A stretch of 64,000 nucleotides of DNA from Alphaproteobacteria bacterium (GCA_964291215.2 OZ219791.1:2592001-2656000); one strand, 5' to 3'; numbered from the stretch's first letter, positions 35,463 to 46,639 are shown. Program-made: numbers and translations. Notes: generated by a model not told the origin, from the sequence alone.

Positions 35463-36742
35463 TAGTCCACCGGCATTGTATTGATGGTTTTGTGGGTAGT
35501 ATTTCCGTGTCGGCGTTCGTTGGAATCCGGACAGTGCCGATATCCACACGGGCAGATGCCGAACAGGCAGGCAGCCGCAGCCCCATGCGCAGGTCCGGAC
35601 AACGGGCATGCCCGCAGGTCTTCGGCGCAATGACAGGAGCAGCGCATATGGCCAACTCTCGGGGCAGGAAGCTCTACCGCGTGACCCTTTCGGCGCAGGA
35701 GCGCCGGGATCTGAAGGCGATTGTCGACGGCACCGGGGCTGCCTGGCGTCGGCGCCGGGCACAGGTCCTGATGCTGGCTGACGAGGGGGCGCTCGGCTTG
35801 TCGATGCCGACATTGCGCAAGGGCTGGGCATCGGCACGGCGACGGTCGAGCGTTTGCGCAAGCGCTGCGTTCTGGAGGGGCTGGACGCCGCCCTCAGCCG
35901 CAAGGAGCAGGTGAACCGTCGGCCGAAACGGCTGGACGGGGCGATGGAAGCGAAGCTGGTCGCCCTGGCCTGCTCATCCCCGCCCGAGGGCTGTGCCCGC
36001 TGGACGCTGAAGCTGCTCGCCGGCCGTCTGGTGGAGATGGAGATCGTCGAGCGCATTTCGGAAGAGACGGTCAGGAAGACGCTAAAAAAAAGGAGATCAA
36101 GCCGTGGCTGAACTGGTGCATTCCACCGCACCGGAGCGCACAGTTCGTGGCAGCGATGGAGGATGTGCTTGACATTTATCAGCGGGACTTTGCCAGGGAC
36201 GAGGTGCTGGTGTGCATGGATGAAACCAGCCGGCAGCAGACGAAGGAAACCCGCATCCCCCGGTCAGCCGGAGGTGGTCGACTATGAATATGAGCGCAAC
36301 GGTACGGCCAACCTCTTCATGGCCTTTGCGCCCAACGAAAACTGGCGCACGGTGAAAGTCACCGACCGTCGCGGGACTGGGCGCACTTCATCCGGGAGCT
36401 TGCCGACGACCATTTCCCCGACAAGAAGATCGTGCTGGACAATCTGAACACGCACAGTCACTGTATGAAGCCTTCGAGCCCGAGGAGGCGGGTACGAAAG
36501 CGGTTCGAGTTTCGCTATACGCCGAAGCATGGAAGCTGGCTCAACATGGCCGAGATCGGTGCGCTGTCGTGGCAGTGCCTTCGGCGACGCATTCCCGACC
36601 GCGACACCATGCTGCGGGAGACCGTGGCGTGGGTCGAGCGTCGCAATGCGGCCGATGTCACTGTCGACTGGCGTTTCACGACGAAGGATGCCCGGACGAA
36701 ACTGAAGTCACTATATCCTTCAATCCAATAATGCCAGACTAC
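35462..36742 (+). mobile_element. IS630-family element (decayed), copy 1
   Basis: TA duplication within a CTAG target. Ends GTAGTCC / GACTAC. OrfA HTH (ARWTLKLLA), A-run frameshift site near 36083, OrfB MDET..DYEYERNGT..LDNLNTH..YTPKHGSWLNMAE. Confidence 0.88.
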
Positions 36743-37034
36743 TAGGTCTGCCGTGTAGACATAGATCTGCCGTATCGACTCACGCCTACTGATCACGAAT
36801 CGTTTTTCCTGACGGCGTTCGAGGCAGACATCTTCTCTTGCCACCTTTACTTGCTCGCTGCCGACGACCGGATGTGCGGGCTCCGATTGGCAAGAAGCGG
36901 TCCGGTCTTCGTCTTGAACTCCACTTTCCGGCCCGCGCCGACATCGCGTGTCAACCGTGCTGGCCGGTGGTGCAGGTTCTGTTGGCGGCCTTTCCATTCC
37001 GCCGGAAATTTCCGTTTGACACTGTAGGAGAAAC

Positions 37035-38572
37035 GTATCTACTCATCCCTAGTTGGGTTCTGATTGGTCGTAGTGCTCGTTGATGATGTCTGCGGCTTTT
37101 CCGTCGAGGGCGATCTGGGTTGCGACGTGATGATTGTAGCCGAGTGCGGCCATGGAGGTGAGGTAGCTTGAGCCCCGGCACCATGCTTTTGCGTGGAGCG
37201 GAAGCATCCGGGCACCTTGACCTTTGCCATCCTGATCTTCTGTTCTCCGGCATTGTTGGTGAAGCTGGCATCGGAGTCGTCCGTGAAGCGCAGGTTTTCG
37301 TGTTTCACGAGACGTTCGTGCAGGTTGTGCGCGTCGGACTTGCGTCCACGTTTTCCTTTCGGCGGGATGTCGGGCAGTTCCCTGGCGCCCTGATGGTGCG
37401 GTAGCGCTTGCGCCCGGCGTCGTTCAGGGTTTTGGATGCGCTCTTGTTGACCTTGTGGCAGACCTCGCGGAGCAGGCTCTTCATCAGTCGCGCGGTAGCC
37501 TCGACGACAAAGGTCAGTTCGCGCAGCAGGTGGCTGCCGCACAACTGGTGACTACACTGCCATGTACGAGGCCCAGGACGCCCTTGTAGCACGGGATGAT
37601 GCCGATCTCTTGCCTCTCGGCCGCGCTTGCGGTGCGGGAACTTGCACGTCAGGGTCCCACGACATGGAGCCACTTGCTGTTGATCCGAAATCGTCGACAT
37701 CGGGCGTTGCAGGAGGTGCGCCACGGCGGCCTCCTCCCATGACGCATCGTGAAAGCATGGCCGAGGCCTCGGAGAGCTTGATGCCGGAGACCGCCTGCAC
37801 GAGCGCGACGGCGCAGGGACAGCATCTGGGCGACCAGCAGGTTGATGACGAGGGCCTGGATGCCGTACTGCACGGGATGTTGTCGGGGAACCGGCCCTTG
37901 CACTTCGGGCATTCCTCGGCGTCGATGCGGCGCGACCTCGAACACGATGTCGTGCGGCGCTCGACGGGGTCGACGCCGTCGGCGCCGCAGGCGTCGCAGG
38001 CCGCGACCGTCTCCTCGACGATGGTCTTGCGCAGGTTGTCGCCCATCTGCTGGTTTGGCTTCAGGCCGTTGCTCCCGGCACGCTCTTGTCCGTCTGTGAC
38101 GGCGGCAGACCGGAGTTCCGGCTCGTGCGTGGTCTTCTCCAGAAGGACGACGATGAGGATGTCGAGCAGGAGGACGCGGATCACGGCATCTTCCGCCACC
38201 TTGCCGGCAGCGCCGCGGTCTTGGCCGCTTCGAACTCCTCGCGCGCCGCCCGTCGCCATCACCCGGCCTCGCCGCGAGCATTGCCTGGCGCTCGCCCGGC
38301 GGCATCTTCCGGTACTCCGCCGCCCGGCCTTGCGCTTCATCAGCACGCCGCCTTCGAGATGCGTTTCCACATACAGATCATGCGGAGGCTGGAGCCCCGG
38401 AAGCAGCTGGCACAGCCCGCTCGTCGCCTTCGATCCAAAGTAGCCCACTGGCGGTCCCCATCGTTCTCGATGACCACCACTAAGCGAATCGGCATGCAGT
38501 GTCAAATCTCCACGTAAACCCGTTCGTTGCTCTACCCCGGCATCAAGCCGGAACCAGGGGGTGAGCAGTTAC
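37035..38572 (-). mobile_element. IS66-like MTase-deletion copy (intron-free, decayed)
   Basis: Both IRs present. TSD GGAGAAAC / AGAGAAAC (7/8). Confidence 0.86.
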
Positions 38573-38972
38573 AGAGAAACCTTCTACGGGACTGGCCATC
38601 GGGGCGGATCGCGTCGGAGGCGGTGATGGCGGCATGGTACGGATCGAAGGCGACGACGGGTCTTTGCCAGGCGATCGTCGCAGCGATGCCGCCGCATGAC
38701 GTGTACATCGAGGCGTTCCTTGGAGGCGGCGCGATCATGAAGCGCAAGCCGCCGGTGCTGCGCAGCATCGGCATCGACCTCAATCGCCGGGCGATCGACA
38801 CCTTCCGTTGCGACCACCCGGTCGAACTTCACCATGACTGCGCCCTGCGCTTTCTCGCGACCTTCGCGTTCCAGGGCCGCGAACTGGTCTACTGCGACCC
38901 GTGCAGTCGACGCGCAGGTCGCAGCGCCGCTACCGCTTCGACTGCACGGACGACGACCATGTTGCGCTCCTC

Positions 38973-41900
38973 GTATCTACTCACCCCTAGTTGGGTTCTG
39001 ATTGGTCGTAGTGCTCGTTGATGATGTCTGCGGCTTTTCCGTCGAGGGCGATCTGGGTGGCGACGAGTGGGTTGTAGCCGAGTGCGGCCATGGAGGTGAG
39101 GTAGCTTGAGCCCCGGCACCATGCTTTTGCGTGGAGCGGAAGCATCCGGACACCTTGAGCTTTGCCATCCTGATCTTCTGTTCTCCGGCATTGTTGGTGA
39201 AGCTGACGTCGGGTGCGCCAGGCTAACTGGTGGAATGTTGCCGGGTGCAAGTCCCGGCAGGAAGAGAGGCTAACCACCACTTTCTCCGTGAACCATGCGT
39301 CGTGAGGCGTCAGGCGAAGCGTTGGGGAGCGGCAGGCCGGGCTATTGAGCCACGAGATGCTTTGAAACCGGAGTGCCGAGGTCGTGGCCGAAGGCAACAC
39401 CCCGCGAGCCGCGTTGGTGAGGCGAGCGGGGGCTCCGCGGGGTCCGAGAACCATGGCCGAAGCAGGGACCTGGGAGGTCTTTCAATCGCCCCTCTGTCGT
39501 GGAGGGGCCGCAGAGGAAAGGAACTATTCCGTAAACCGATGATGAACGAGAAGTCAGATTCGGCCATAGTACCGCTGAAGGCAGCGAACAAAGGTTCTCC
39601 GGAGCCTGCGGAGTTGCTGGAGGGAAGGCCAAGGGCAATGCGATTGGCCAAAGCCCGCGCCGCGCGCAGAAGCGGGGGTCACAGGCGGCTGAACGCAGGT
39701 AGCGAAGAGGAACCCGGAAGAGCGTCTTGTGGCGCTACTCCACCACGTGATGTCCTGCACGACGCGTTCCATTCCTTGAGGAAGGACGCGGCGGCGGGCG
39801 CGGACGGCGTTGTGTGGCAAGCGTACGCGGAAGGGGTGGGAGACCGTCTGGTTGACCTACACGACCGTGTGCACAGGGGTGCGTACCGAGCGCCTCCAGG
39901 GTCTACATTCCCAAGGAGGATGGAGGGCAACGACCGCTTGGCATTGCCTCGGACAAGATTCTTCAGCGGGCAGTGTGATTCTGGTACCGCTCTACGAAAC
40001 GGAGTTCCTCGGTTTCAGCTACGGTTTCCGGCCGGGGCGCATCACGCGCTCGACGCCGTCACGGTGGAACGGCGGAAGGTCAACTGGATCGTTGACGCCC
40101 GTGGGTTCTTCGACAATCTCGACCGCGACCATCTGATTGCGATGCTCGAGAAACGGATCGGGGGGTTATCCGGCTGATCATCAAGTGGCTGAACGCCGGC
40201 GTCATGGAAGGGACCGACTGGCAAGGGAACACCGCAGGGGGCGATTGTATCGCCCTGCCTCGCGAACGTTTACCTGCACTACGTGCGACTGGTTCCAGAA
40301 CCACTGGCGCAAGCGGATGGCTGGAGGTGACACGATCATTATGCGGACGACTTCGTGTGCGGCTTTCAGCATCTGGGCGATGCGCAGCGCTTTCTCCGGG
40401 ACCTTGGGGAGAGGCTGGCCCACTTGAACTGCACCCGGAAAATCATCGAGTTCGGTCGGTTTGCCAGAGCGAACCGCCGGAAGCAGGGCAAGACGTTCGA
40501 CTTCCTCGGCATGACGCACTTCTGCGAACAGACGAGGAAAGGCAGGTTCAGGGTCGGTCGCAAACCGTCTCGCAAACGGGCACCCTGCGGCGGATCAAGG
40601 GGGCCTTGCGCATGCGATGGCACGACAACCGGCACGAAACGGCCAAGTGGTGAGTCATCAACGGCTGGCTCAACTACTACGCCGTCCCGGGAAGCAGTCA
40701 ATCCCTGCAGGGGTTCATACACCAATGCAAACGGCTGCGTGCCCTTCGGCGACGCTCCCAAAAGGACTTCACCGGGGACATAGACACCCTTGCCGCCGCC
40801 CACTGAGCCAGCATCCGCCACCCGTGGCCAAACCAGCGCCTTGTCGTCAGGGGAGGAGCCGGATGCGAACAGCGCATGTCCGGTTCTGTGCGGGGGGACC
40901 GGGGCAACCCGGTTCCCTACCGCAATGGTTGTCTATGAAGCGCAGGTTTTCGTGTTTCACGAGACGTTCGTGCAGGTTGTGCGCGTCGGACTTGCGTCCA
41001 CGTTTTCCTTTCGTCGGGATGTCGGGCAGTTCCCTGGCGCCCTGATGGTGCGGTAGCGCTTGCGCCCGGCGTCGTTCAGGGTCTTGGATGCGCTCTTGTT
41101 GACCTTGTGGCAGACCTCGCGGAGCAGGCTCTTCATCAGTCGCGCGGTAGCCTCGACGACAAAGGTCAGTTCGCGCAGCAGGTGGCTGCCGCACAACTGG
41201 TGGCTACACTGCCATGTACGAGGCCCAAGACGCCCTTGTAGCACGGGCCGATCTCTTGCCTCCCGGCCGCGCTTGCGGTGCGGGAACTTGCACGTCAGGG
41301 TCCCACGACATGGAGCCACTTGCTGTTGATCCGAAAGCCGGTTTCATCGACATCGGGCGTTGCAGGAGGTGCGCCACGGCAGCCTCCTCCCATGACGCAT
41401 CGTGAAAGCATAGCCGAGGCCTCGGAGAGCTTGATGCCGGAGATCGCCTGCACGAGCGCGACGGCGCAGGGACAGTATCTGGGCGACCAGCAGGTTGATG
41501 ACGAGGGCCTGGATGCCGATGCCGTACTGCACGGGATGTTGTCGGGGAACCGGCCCTTGCACTTCGGGCATTCCTCGGCGTCGACGCGGCGCTCGACGAC
41601 CTCGAATACGATGTCGTGCGGCGCTCCCGATCGACGGGGCCGTCGATGTCGGCGCCGCAGGCGTCGCAGGCCGCGACCGTCTCCTCGACGATGGTCTTGC
41701 GCAGATTGTCGCCCATCTGCTGGTTCGGCTTCGGGCCGTTGCCCCCGGCACGCTCTTGTCCGTCTGTGACGGCGGCAGACCGGAGTTCCGGCTCGTGCGT
41801 GGTCTTCTCCAGAAGAACGACGTTGAGGATGACGAAGACGCGGATCACGGCCTCTTTCGGCACCTTGCCGGCCGCACGCAGCGCCGCGGTCTTGGTTGCT

Positions 41901-42242
41901 TCGAACTCCTCGCGCGCCGCCCGTCGCCATCACCCGGCCTCGACGGTCGCCGCAAGCATCGCCTGGCGCTCGCCCGGCGGCATCTTCCGGTACTCCGCCT
42001 TGCGCTTCATCAGCACGCCGCCTCCGAGATGCGTTTCCACATACAGATCATGCGGGGGCTGGAGCCCCGGAAGCAGCTGGCACAGCCCACTCGTCGCCTT
42101 CGATCCAAAGTAGCCCACTGGCGGTCCCCGTCGTTCTCGATTACCACCACTAAACGAATCGGCTTGCAGTGTCAAATCTCCACGAAAACCCGTTCATTAC
42201 TCTACCCCGACATCAAGCCGGAACCAGGGGGTGAGCAGTTAC
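38973..42242 (-). mobile_element. IS66-like MTase-deletion copy carrying a group II intron
   Basis: Both IRs present. Perfect 8-bp TSD CGCTCCTC (38965-38972, 42243-42250). Confidence 0.9.
39213..40926 (+). mobile_element. Group II intron with decayed reverse transcriptase/maturase ORF
   Basis: 5' GTGCG; domain V GAGCCGGATGCG..CGCATGTCCGGTTC; 3' CCCTACCGCAAT. RT motifs FLGFSYGFRPG, VNWIVDA.GFFD, GTPQG, YADDFVCGF, TFDFLGMTH. No endonuclease domain seen. Confidence 0.9.
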
Positions 42243-42558
42243 CGCTCCTCGACATCCTGAAGTCGCTGCCGTGCCAGGTGATGATCTCCGGCTATCCCTC
42301 GCCTCTCTACGACACCCACCTCGCCGGCTGGCGCTCGGCCGAGATCCAGGTCAACAACCAGGCCTGCGTCGTCACCGAGAAGCTGTGGTTCAACTTCGTA
42401 CCGGGCCGGCCGCACTGGCACAGCTGCGCGGGCAGGAACTCGATCGACCGCCAGCGTATCAAGCGCCTCGCAGAGAGCTGGGCGCGGCGCTACCGGGCGA
42501 TGCCCGAGAGCGAGCGGCTCGCGGTGCTGGCGGCGGTCATGGCGGTGGAGGCGCAGTG

Positions 42559-43039
42559 ATGGCAAGCGTGAACGGCGCATTCCTGCGCCAGGAGTTCGAC
42601 GCCTTCCGGAAGCGGTTCCACGATCTCCGCAAGCAGGCAAGGTCAGCCCGGAGTGCGAGGCGCTGGCCATGCTCGACTTCTCGACCGCCGCATGGAGACT
42701 GGCGCCCCGGGACGCCTTCACCGGATGGACGCCGGAGCAGCGCGAAAGGAACCTGCCCCTCGTGATCGACGATTCGAGATAGCTGATGCTCCCATCGCTC
42801 ACCGTCCCGAACCTTCGCACCCATATCCTCTCGCTCGTCCGCAAGCGGCTGCCCGGGGACCGGACCGCGCGCTGCAACACCATGTCCGTGCCCTGCGAGA
42901 CCTTGGTCGAGGTCCCGCGCGGCGGCGTCTGCCGGCCGCGTCGGAACAACCAGCGGCCGCTACGAGCGACATGACAGAAGCCGAAGAAGGACATCTGACC
43001 CGCTCCGCAAGGACTGGAAGCGGACCCTCAATCGCTGAA
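42559..43039 (+). pseudogene. Coiled-coil N-terminus plus DUF4338 (DruA-like) C-terminal remnant
   Basis: MASVNGAFLRQEFDAFRKRFHDLRKQ (TGATG overlap with the MTase), then LPSLTVPNLRTHILSLVRKRLPGD..CETLVEVPR..VGTTSGR..KPKKDI..LRKDWKRTLNR. Confidence 0.6.
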
Positions 43040-43255
43040 CCCTGCAACCGGCACGGGATGGCGCTCAGCTCCTCCTCCGCAGCGGCGGCAATGGTGCATA
43101 CGAATGAGAAATCGGACGGGTGCCGGAAGCAGCGCCGCCGATGCGCTCGGTACAGAATGGTCGTGCAGACGGGTTGGCGAAGGTCCCGCACCCAAGCAGA
43201 AATCCGTAGAGATGGACCTCGGCATGTGCCGACCGCGCTGGATGCAGGGACTATT

Positions 43256-43651
43256 TCAGGCGAATGTCGTCACACCTTCGGCGGCCTCGTTCAGGCGCCG
43301 CTCGAGGCTCGCCAGCGCATAGCCCTCGCGAACCGCAAGCGCCAGATAACTCGCATCGTAGGCGCTCAACCGATGGGCGCGCGCCAGCGCTATGACCGCA
43401 CCGTCGTCCGTTTCGCCCGGGCAGACGATGGGAAGACGACGCAGCCGCGCCATGGAGGCGTCGGCGTGGCGCCCGTCGATCCGCCCCCGGCGTTCCACGT
43501 TCAGGAGCAGGTTGCGCAATCCGTGCCAGAACACACCCGGCACCTTCGCCGTCTCGGCGCCCAGCCGGTCCAGTGCAATGTCGGCCACCGCCGCGTCTTC
43601 GTCCGGCAGGGCCCAGGCCGCGGCGACCGAAGCGTCGGGAACGAATGCCAT
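43256..43651 (-). CDS. VapC-family PIN-domain toxin
   Basis: FVPDASVAAAW, LRNLLLNVERRGR, LARAHRLSAYDASYLALA; coupled to the antitoxin. Confidence 0.85.
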   Translation of the reverse strand: MAFVPDASVAAAWALPDEDAAVADIALDRLGAETAKVPGVFWHGLRNLLLNVERRGRIDGRHADASMARLRRLPIVCPGETDDGAVIALARAHRLSAYDASYLALAVREGYALASLERRLNEAAEGVTTFA

Positions 43652-43893
43652 CAGCGCGCGTGTCCCTCATGACGCCAAGCCAGAAGCTCCGCCGTCGTCA
43701 CCGCCTGCTGCTTCGTGCGTTCCCGGCGCAGCGTCGCACCGAGCGCGACATGTTCGTTCTCGCTGGCGACCCGCGTCACACGGGCGACCGGCGTCGTGCC
43801 GCGACAGATCACCAGATCCTCACCCGACTCCACCGCCGCCAACAGCGCGGAAAGGTGGGTCTTGGCCTCCCCGATCTTCACATGCCGTGTCAT
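43651..43893 (-). CDS. Phd/YefM-family antitoxin
   Basis: VKIGEAKTHLSALLAAVESGEDLVICRGTTPVARV. Confidence 0.88.
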   Translation of the reverse strand: MTRHVKIGEAKTHLSALLAAVESGEDLVICRGTTPVARVTRVASENEHVALGATLRRERTKQQAVTTAELLAWRHEGHAR

Positions 43894-43998
43894 CGCCTTC
43901 CCGCCGCTCGCGCTATCCTCACCGAAAAATTCGCCTTGGGGGCAAGGATAACGCCGCCACCGGCTTGATCAAGCACTTGGGCCGATGGCCCAAGACGA

Positions 43999-44520
43999 TC
44001 CCACGCCAGGTTTGTTGGAAGGATTGGTTCCGCTTGTTCAGGATGATTCGCATTTTCGCTGGCTTTTTGTGAAGCGGCGCAGTATCCGTTGTCGTGGAGG
44101 CAGCGGATTTTTTTGAGACGACTCCGGAGGGTTTTGCGCTCCGGGATGTGGTTGTGCGCCTTGCGCGGCCTGATGTCGCTGGAACCGTGCGGTTGACGGT
44201 ATCTTGGTTTCAAGCAGTTTGCCGGTCGAGGTCTGCGTGTTCACCTGGCGCGGGCGGTGGATTGGCGCTGCGGGCTGGCAGACGGGCGCCCTCGGCTGCG
44301 CACCCGTTGGCTGGCGCCGCGAGGAACAGTTCAGGCGGTTGCCGGGAACAACACGAGGTTTGTTGTTCCTGGTGGTCGCCGGGTTTTTCCGGGCCTCGTT
44401 TGCGTTGTCGCGGATGGTGCGGCGGCGACCGGGAGGCTGCCGTTGCTTGTTGCGGAGAAGTTTGTCTCGCCGACGAAGTTCAGCGGCGCCATGTACAAGG
44501 CGGCGAGCTGGGAGTGCGTT
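43999..44520 (+). mobile_element. Left end plus decayed DUF4338 ORF of an unassigned element
   Basis: Terminus TCCCACGCCAGGTTTG shared with 4477 and 9770. MEAADFFETTPEG..YLGFKQFAGRGLR..WIGAAGWQTGA..VGWRREEQFRRL..NNTRF..LLVAEKFVS..GAMYKAASW. Confidence 0.65.
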
Positions 44521-45047
44521 GGCAGGTTCCGGCGAAGCGCTTGACGTCGACGAACGTCTCCGCGAGGAACACCGGGTATCCGTGCGCGGCCTCGATGTTG
44601 GCGGACAGCCGTCGAAGGCTCAGGCCGAGCACGCGGGACGCCAGGTTCGGCATCCCCCTCGGGCCAAGGATGACGAACCGGGAATTGTTCGCGATCAGAT
44701 GCAGGCGCCGGAATTGCTGCTCCGCAGCGATCCAGCGGTCGCGTGCAGCAAATTTGAACGCGCCCGGTCGCCAGCCGACCAGTGCCACCCAGGTCTAGCC
44801 GTGCAGGGCGACATGGCGCAGACCCTTTCCAATGATGCCGTGAAACCGCAGGTAGTGATGCTCCTTCACCAGGCGGTCCCAGAGCCGGTGCTCACGTGCG
44901 CCACGGGTCGGGCGCACCGTCACCTCGCGAAGGAGGGAATCCGGGGTCGCAAGTGTCGCCATGCCGGCACACTGCCACGGCGAAAACAGAATGTTCAGAC
45001 CAAAATCAGCATGCGCCGATCGCTGGGGCGACAACAGAATAGCCCTG
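44521..45047 (-). mobile_element. Left end plus DUF4338 domain of an ISAs1-like element (truncated)
   Basis: Begins CAGGGC at 45047 on the minus strand. MATLAT..LWDRLVKEHHYLRF..GLRH..LVGWRPGAFK..RDRWI..LIANNSRF..PNLASRVL..LAETFVD. Confidence 0.65.
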
Positions 45048-46639
45048 GTTTTCGGCCGTGGCTTGTCGAGACGTTTCTCGTGGATCAGTATGATGGGGCG
45101 AGCCCGTGCGCGGTGAACTTCGTGCGCATTGGCGCGACGGCGGGGCGCGGCCGTCAGGATCGCGAGAACCGGTGGGACAGGTCGGTAAAGTCGGTCTTCA
45201 TTTACGCGCTGTGCCGGCGCTGGCGGCGGCGTCTGAGGGTTCCGGAGGCGGCGCCTGCGCTGGCGCTCGATCCGGGCGAGGGACTTGGCGCGGATGTATG
45301 GGCGGCGAACGAGTTTGGAGGTGCGCAGTTGGGCGACAAGCGGTTGACGGCGCGGCTGGTCAAGAGCGAGACGCTGGCGTATCCAGAGTGCGCGATCAAT
45401 GCCAATGTCGAGAGCGACGAGGCTGCGGTGAACGGTTTCTACCGGCTGATCGAGCATCCTGCGGACTCGGAGGTGACGGCCGAGAACATCCTCGCGCCGC
45501 ATCGCGAGCGCACGGCCCGGCGTATGCGCGGGCAGTCGACGGTGCTCGCGATACAGGACGGCACCGATCTGAACTTCACGCGTCGTCCGTACGCCGATGG
45601 CCTTGAGATCATCGACCAGACCGCCGCTGCCGCCCCGGGATTGTACCTGACGCTTGCGGTGAACGGGGACGGGTTGCCGCTCGTCATGCTGCGCTTCGAC
45701 AAGGCGGATAGTACGTGCAAGACCCGGCGCTGGCTCGACGGGCTCGAGGACACGCTCCAGGCGACGCGCGCGCTGACGCGCAAGACGCGGGTAATCGCGG
45801 TGTGCGACCGCGACGCCAACTGTTTCGAGCTGTTCGATGCCCAGCGCCGGGCGCCGCGGGTCGAACTGCTGGTGCGGGTAAAGCACGACCGCTGCCTAGC
45901 CAGCGAACGGAAGCTGTTCGCGATCGTCAGCTCCGGCTCCGCCGCGGGCCTGGTCGAGCGCCTCGGTGAGCGCAGAAAGTCGAGCAAGATCAAGCCGCGC
46001 CCGGCGCGCGCAAAGCGTCTCGCGCACTGCGAGCTGCGCTTTTGCAAGGCTATCCTGCCGGCCACCGTCAAGAAGCCGGTCTCGGCCGTCCACCTCATCG
46101 AGCGCAACCCGCCCGGCAACGAGGACCCGATCCAGTGGTTCCTGCTCATCACCGTCGACAACGCCGCAACCGCCGCCGAGATGATCGGATATTATCTCCA
46201 AAGGTGGCGCGTCGAGGACTTCTTCAGGGTCCTCAATTCAGGCTGCCGAACCGAGTTCCTCATGTTCCGCACCGCCGACTGCCTGCAACGCGCCATCGCC
46301 ATCAACGCCGTCATCGCCTGGCGCATCATGGTCATGACCCTGCGGCAGGTTCCCGAGTGCGAGCCCGAACTGCTGTTCACCGATCACGAACTCAGCTTCC
46401 TGTGCCACTACGCCCTCAACAGTCGGCTCGATGCTCCCGACACGCGCGGCAACGCCGTCTGCCTCGTTGCCCATCTCGGCGGATACCGCGGGCGAACGCC
46501 CGACCCCGGAAACCAGATCATGTGGCAGGGCTACGGAACCCTCACGAAAGCCAACATCGGCCACAGAATCGGACGCGAATTTGGCTTCGAGGACGGCAAG
46601 CGATACAGGCTCGAACAGGTGCAAGAACATGTTGGATAG
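45048..46639 (+). pseudogene. IS4-family (Tn5/IS50-like) transposase with N-terminal DUF4338 remnant; 5' end lost
   Basis: FRPWLVETF..NFVRIGATAGRGRQD (DUF4338 C-terminus) in frame with WAANEFGGAQLGDKRL, LAIQDGTDLNF, VCDRDA, YLQRWRVEDFFRVLNSGC (YREK-like), VAHLGGY..PDPG..MWQG. Confidence 0.8.

Larger units (their letters stand above)
38626..42559 (+). pseudogene. Second, divergent Dam-like adenine methyltransferase, split by an IS66 copy
   Basis: MAAWYGSKATTGLCQAIVAAMPPHDVYIEAFLGGGAIMKRKPP..ELVYCDP..DDDHVALL (to 38972) continues as DILKSLPCQVMISGYPSPLY..TEKLWFNF..RQRIKR (from 42251). Confidence 0.8.

Noticed and set aside
39700-40850. RT as a retron, DGR or CRISPR-associated RT
   Set aside because: Flanked by GTGCG and domain V/VI ends with precise insertion, so it is a group II intron. 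No TR/VR pair or msr-msd is seen.
38626-43039. Classical restriction-modification or complete Druantia system
   Set aside because: No endonuclease and no DruE-like helicase in the window, and the genes are pseudogenised.
44204-46639. 811-aa ORF as one novel large protein
   Set aside because: Chance read-through across three abutting elements; the segment 44521-45047 is the antisense strand of another DUF4338 gene.
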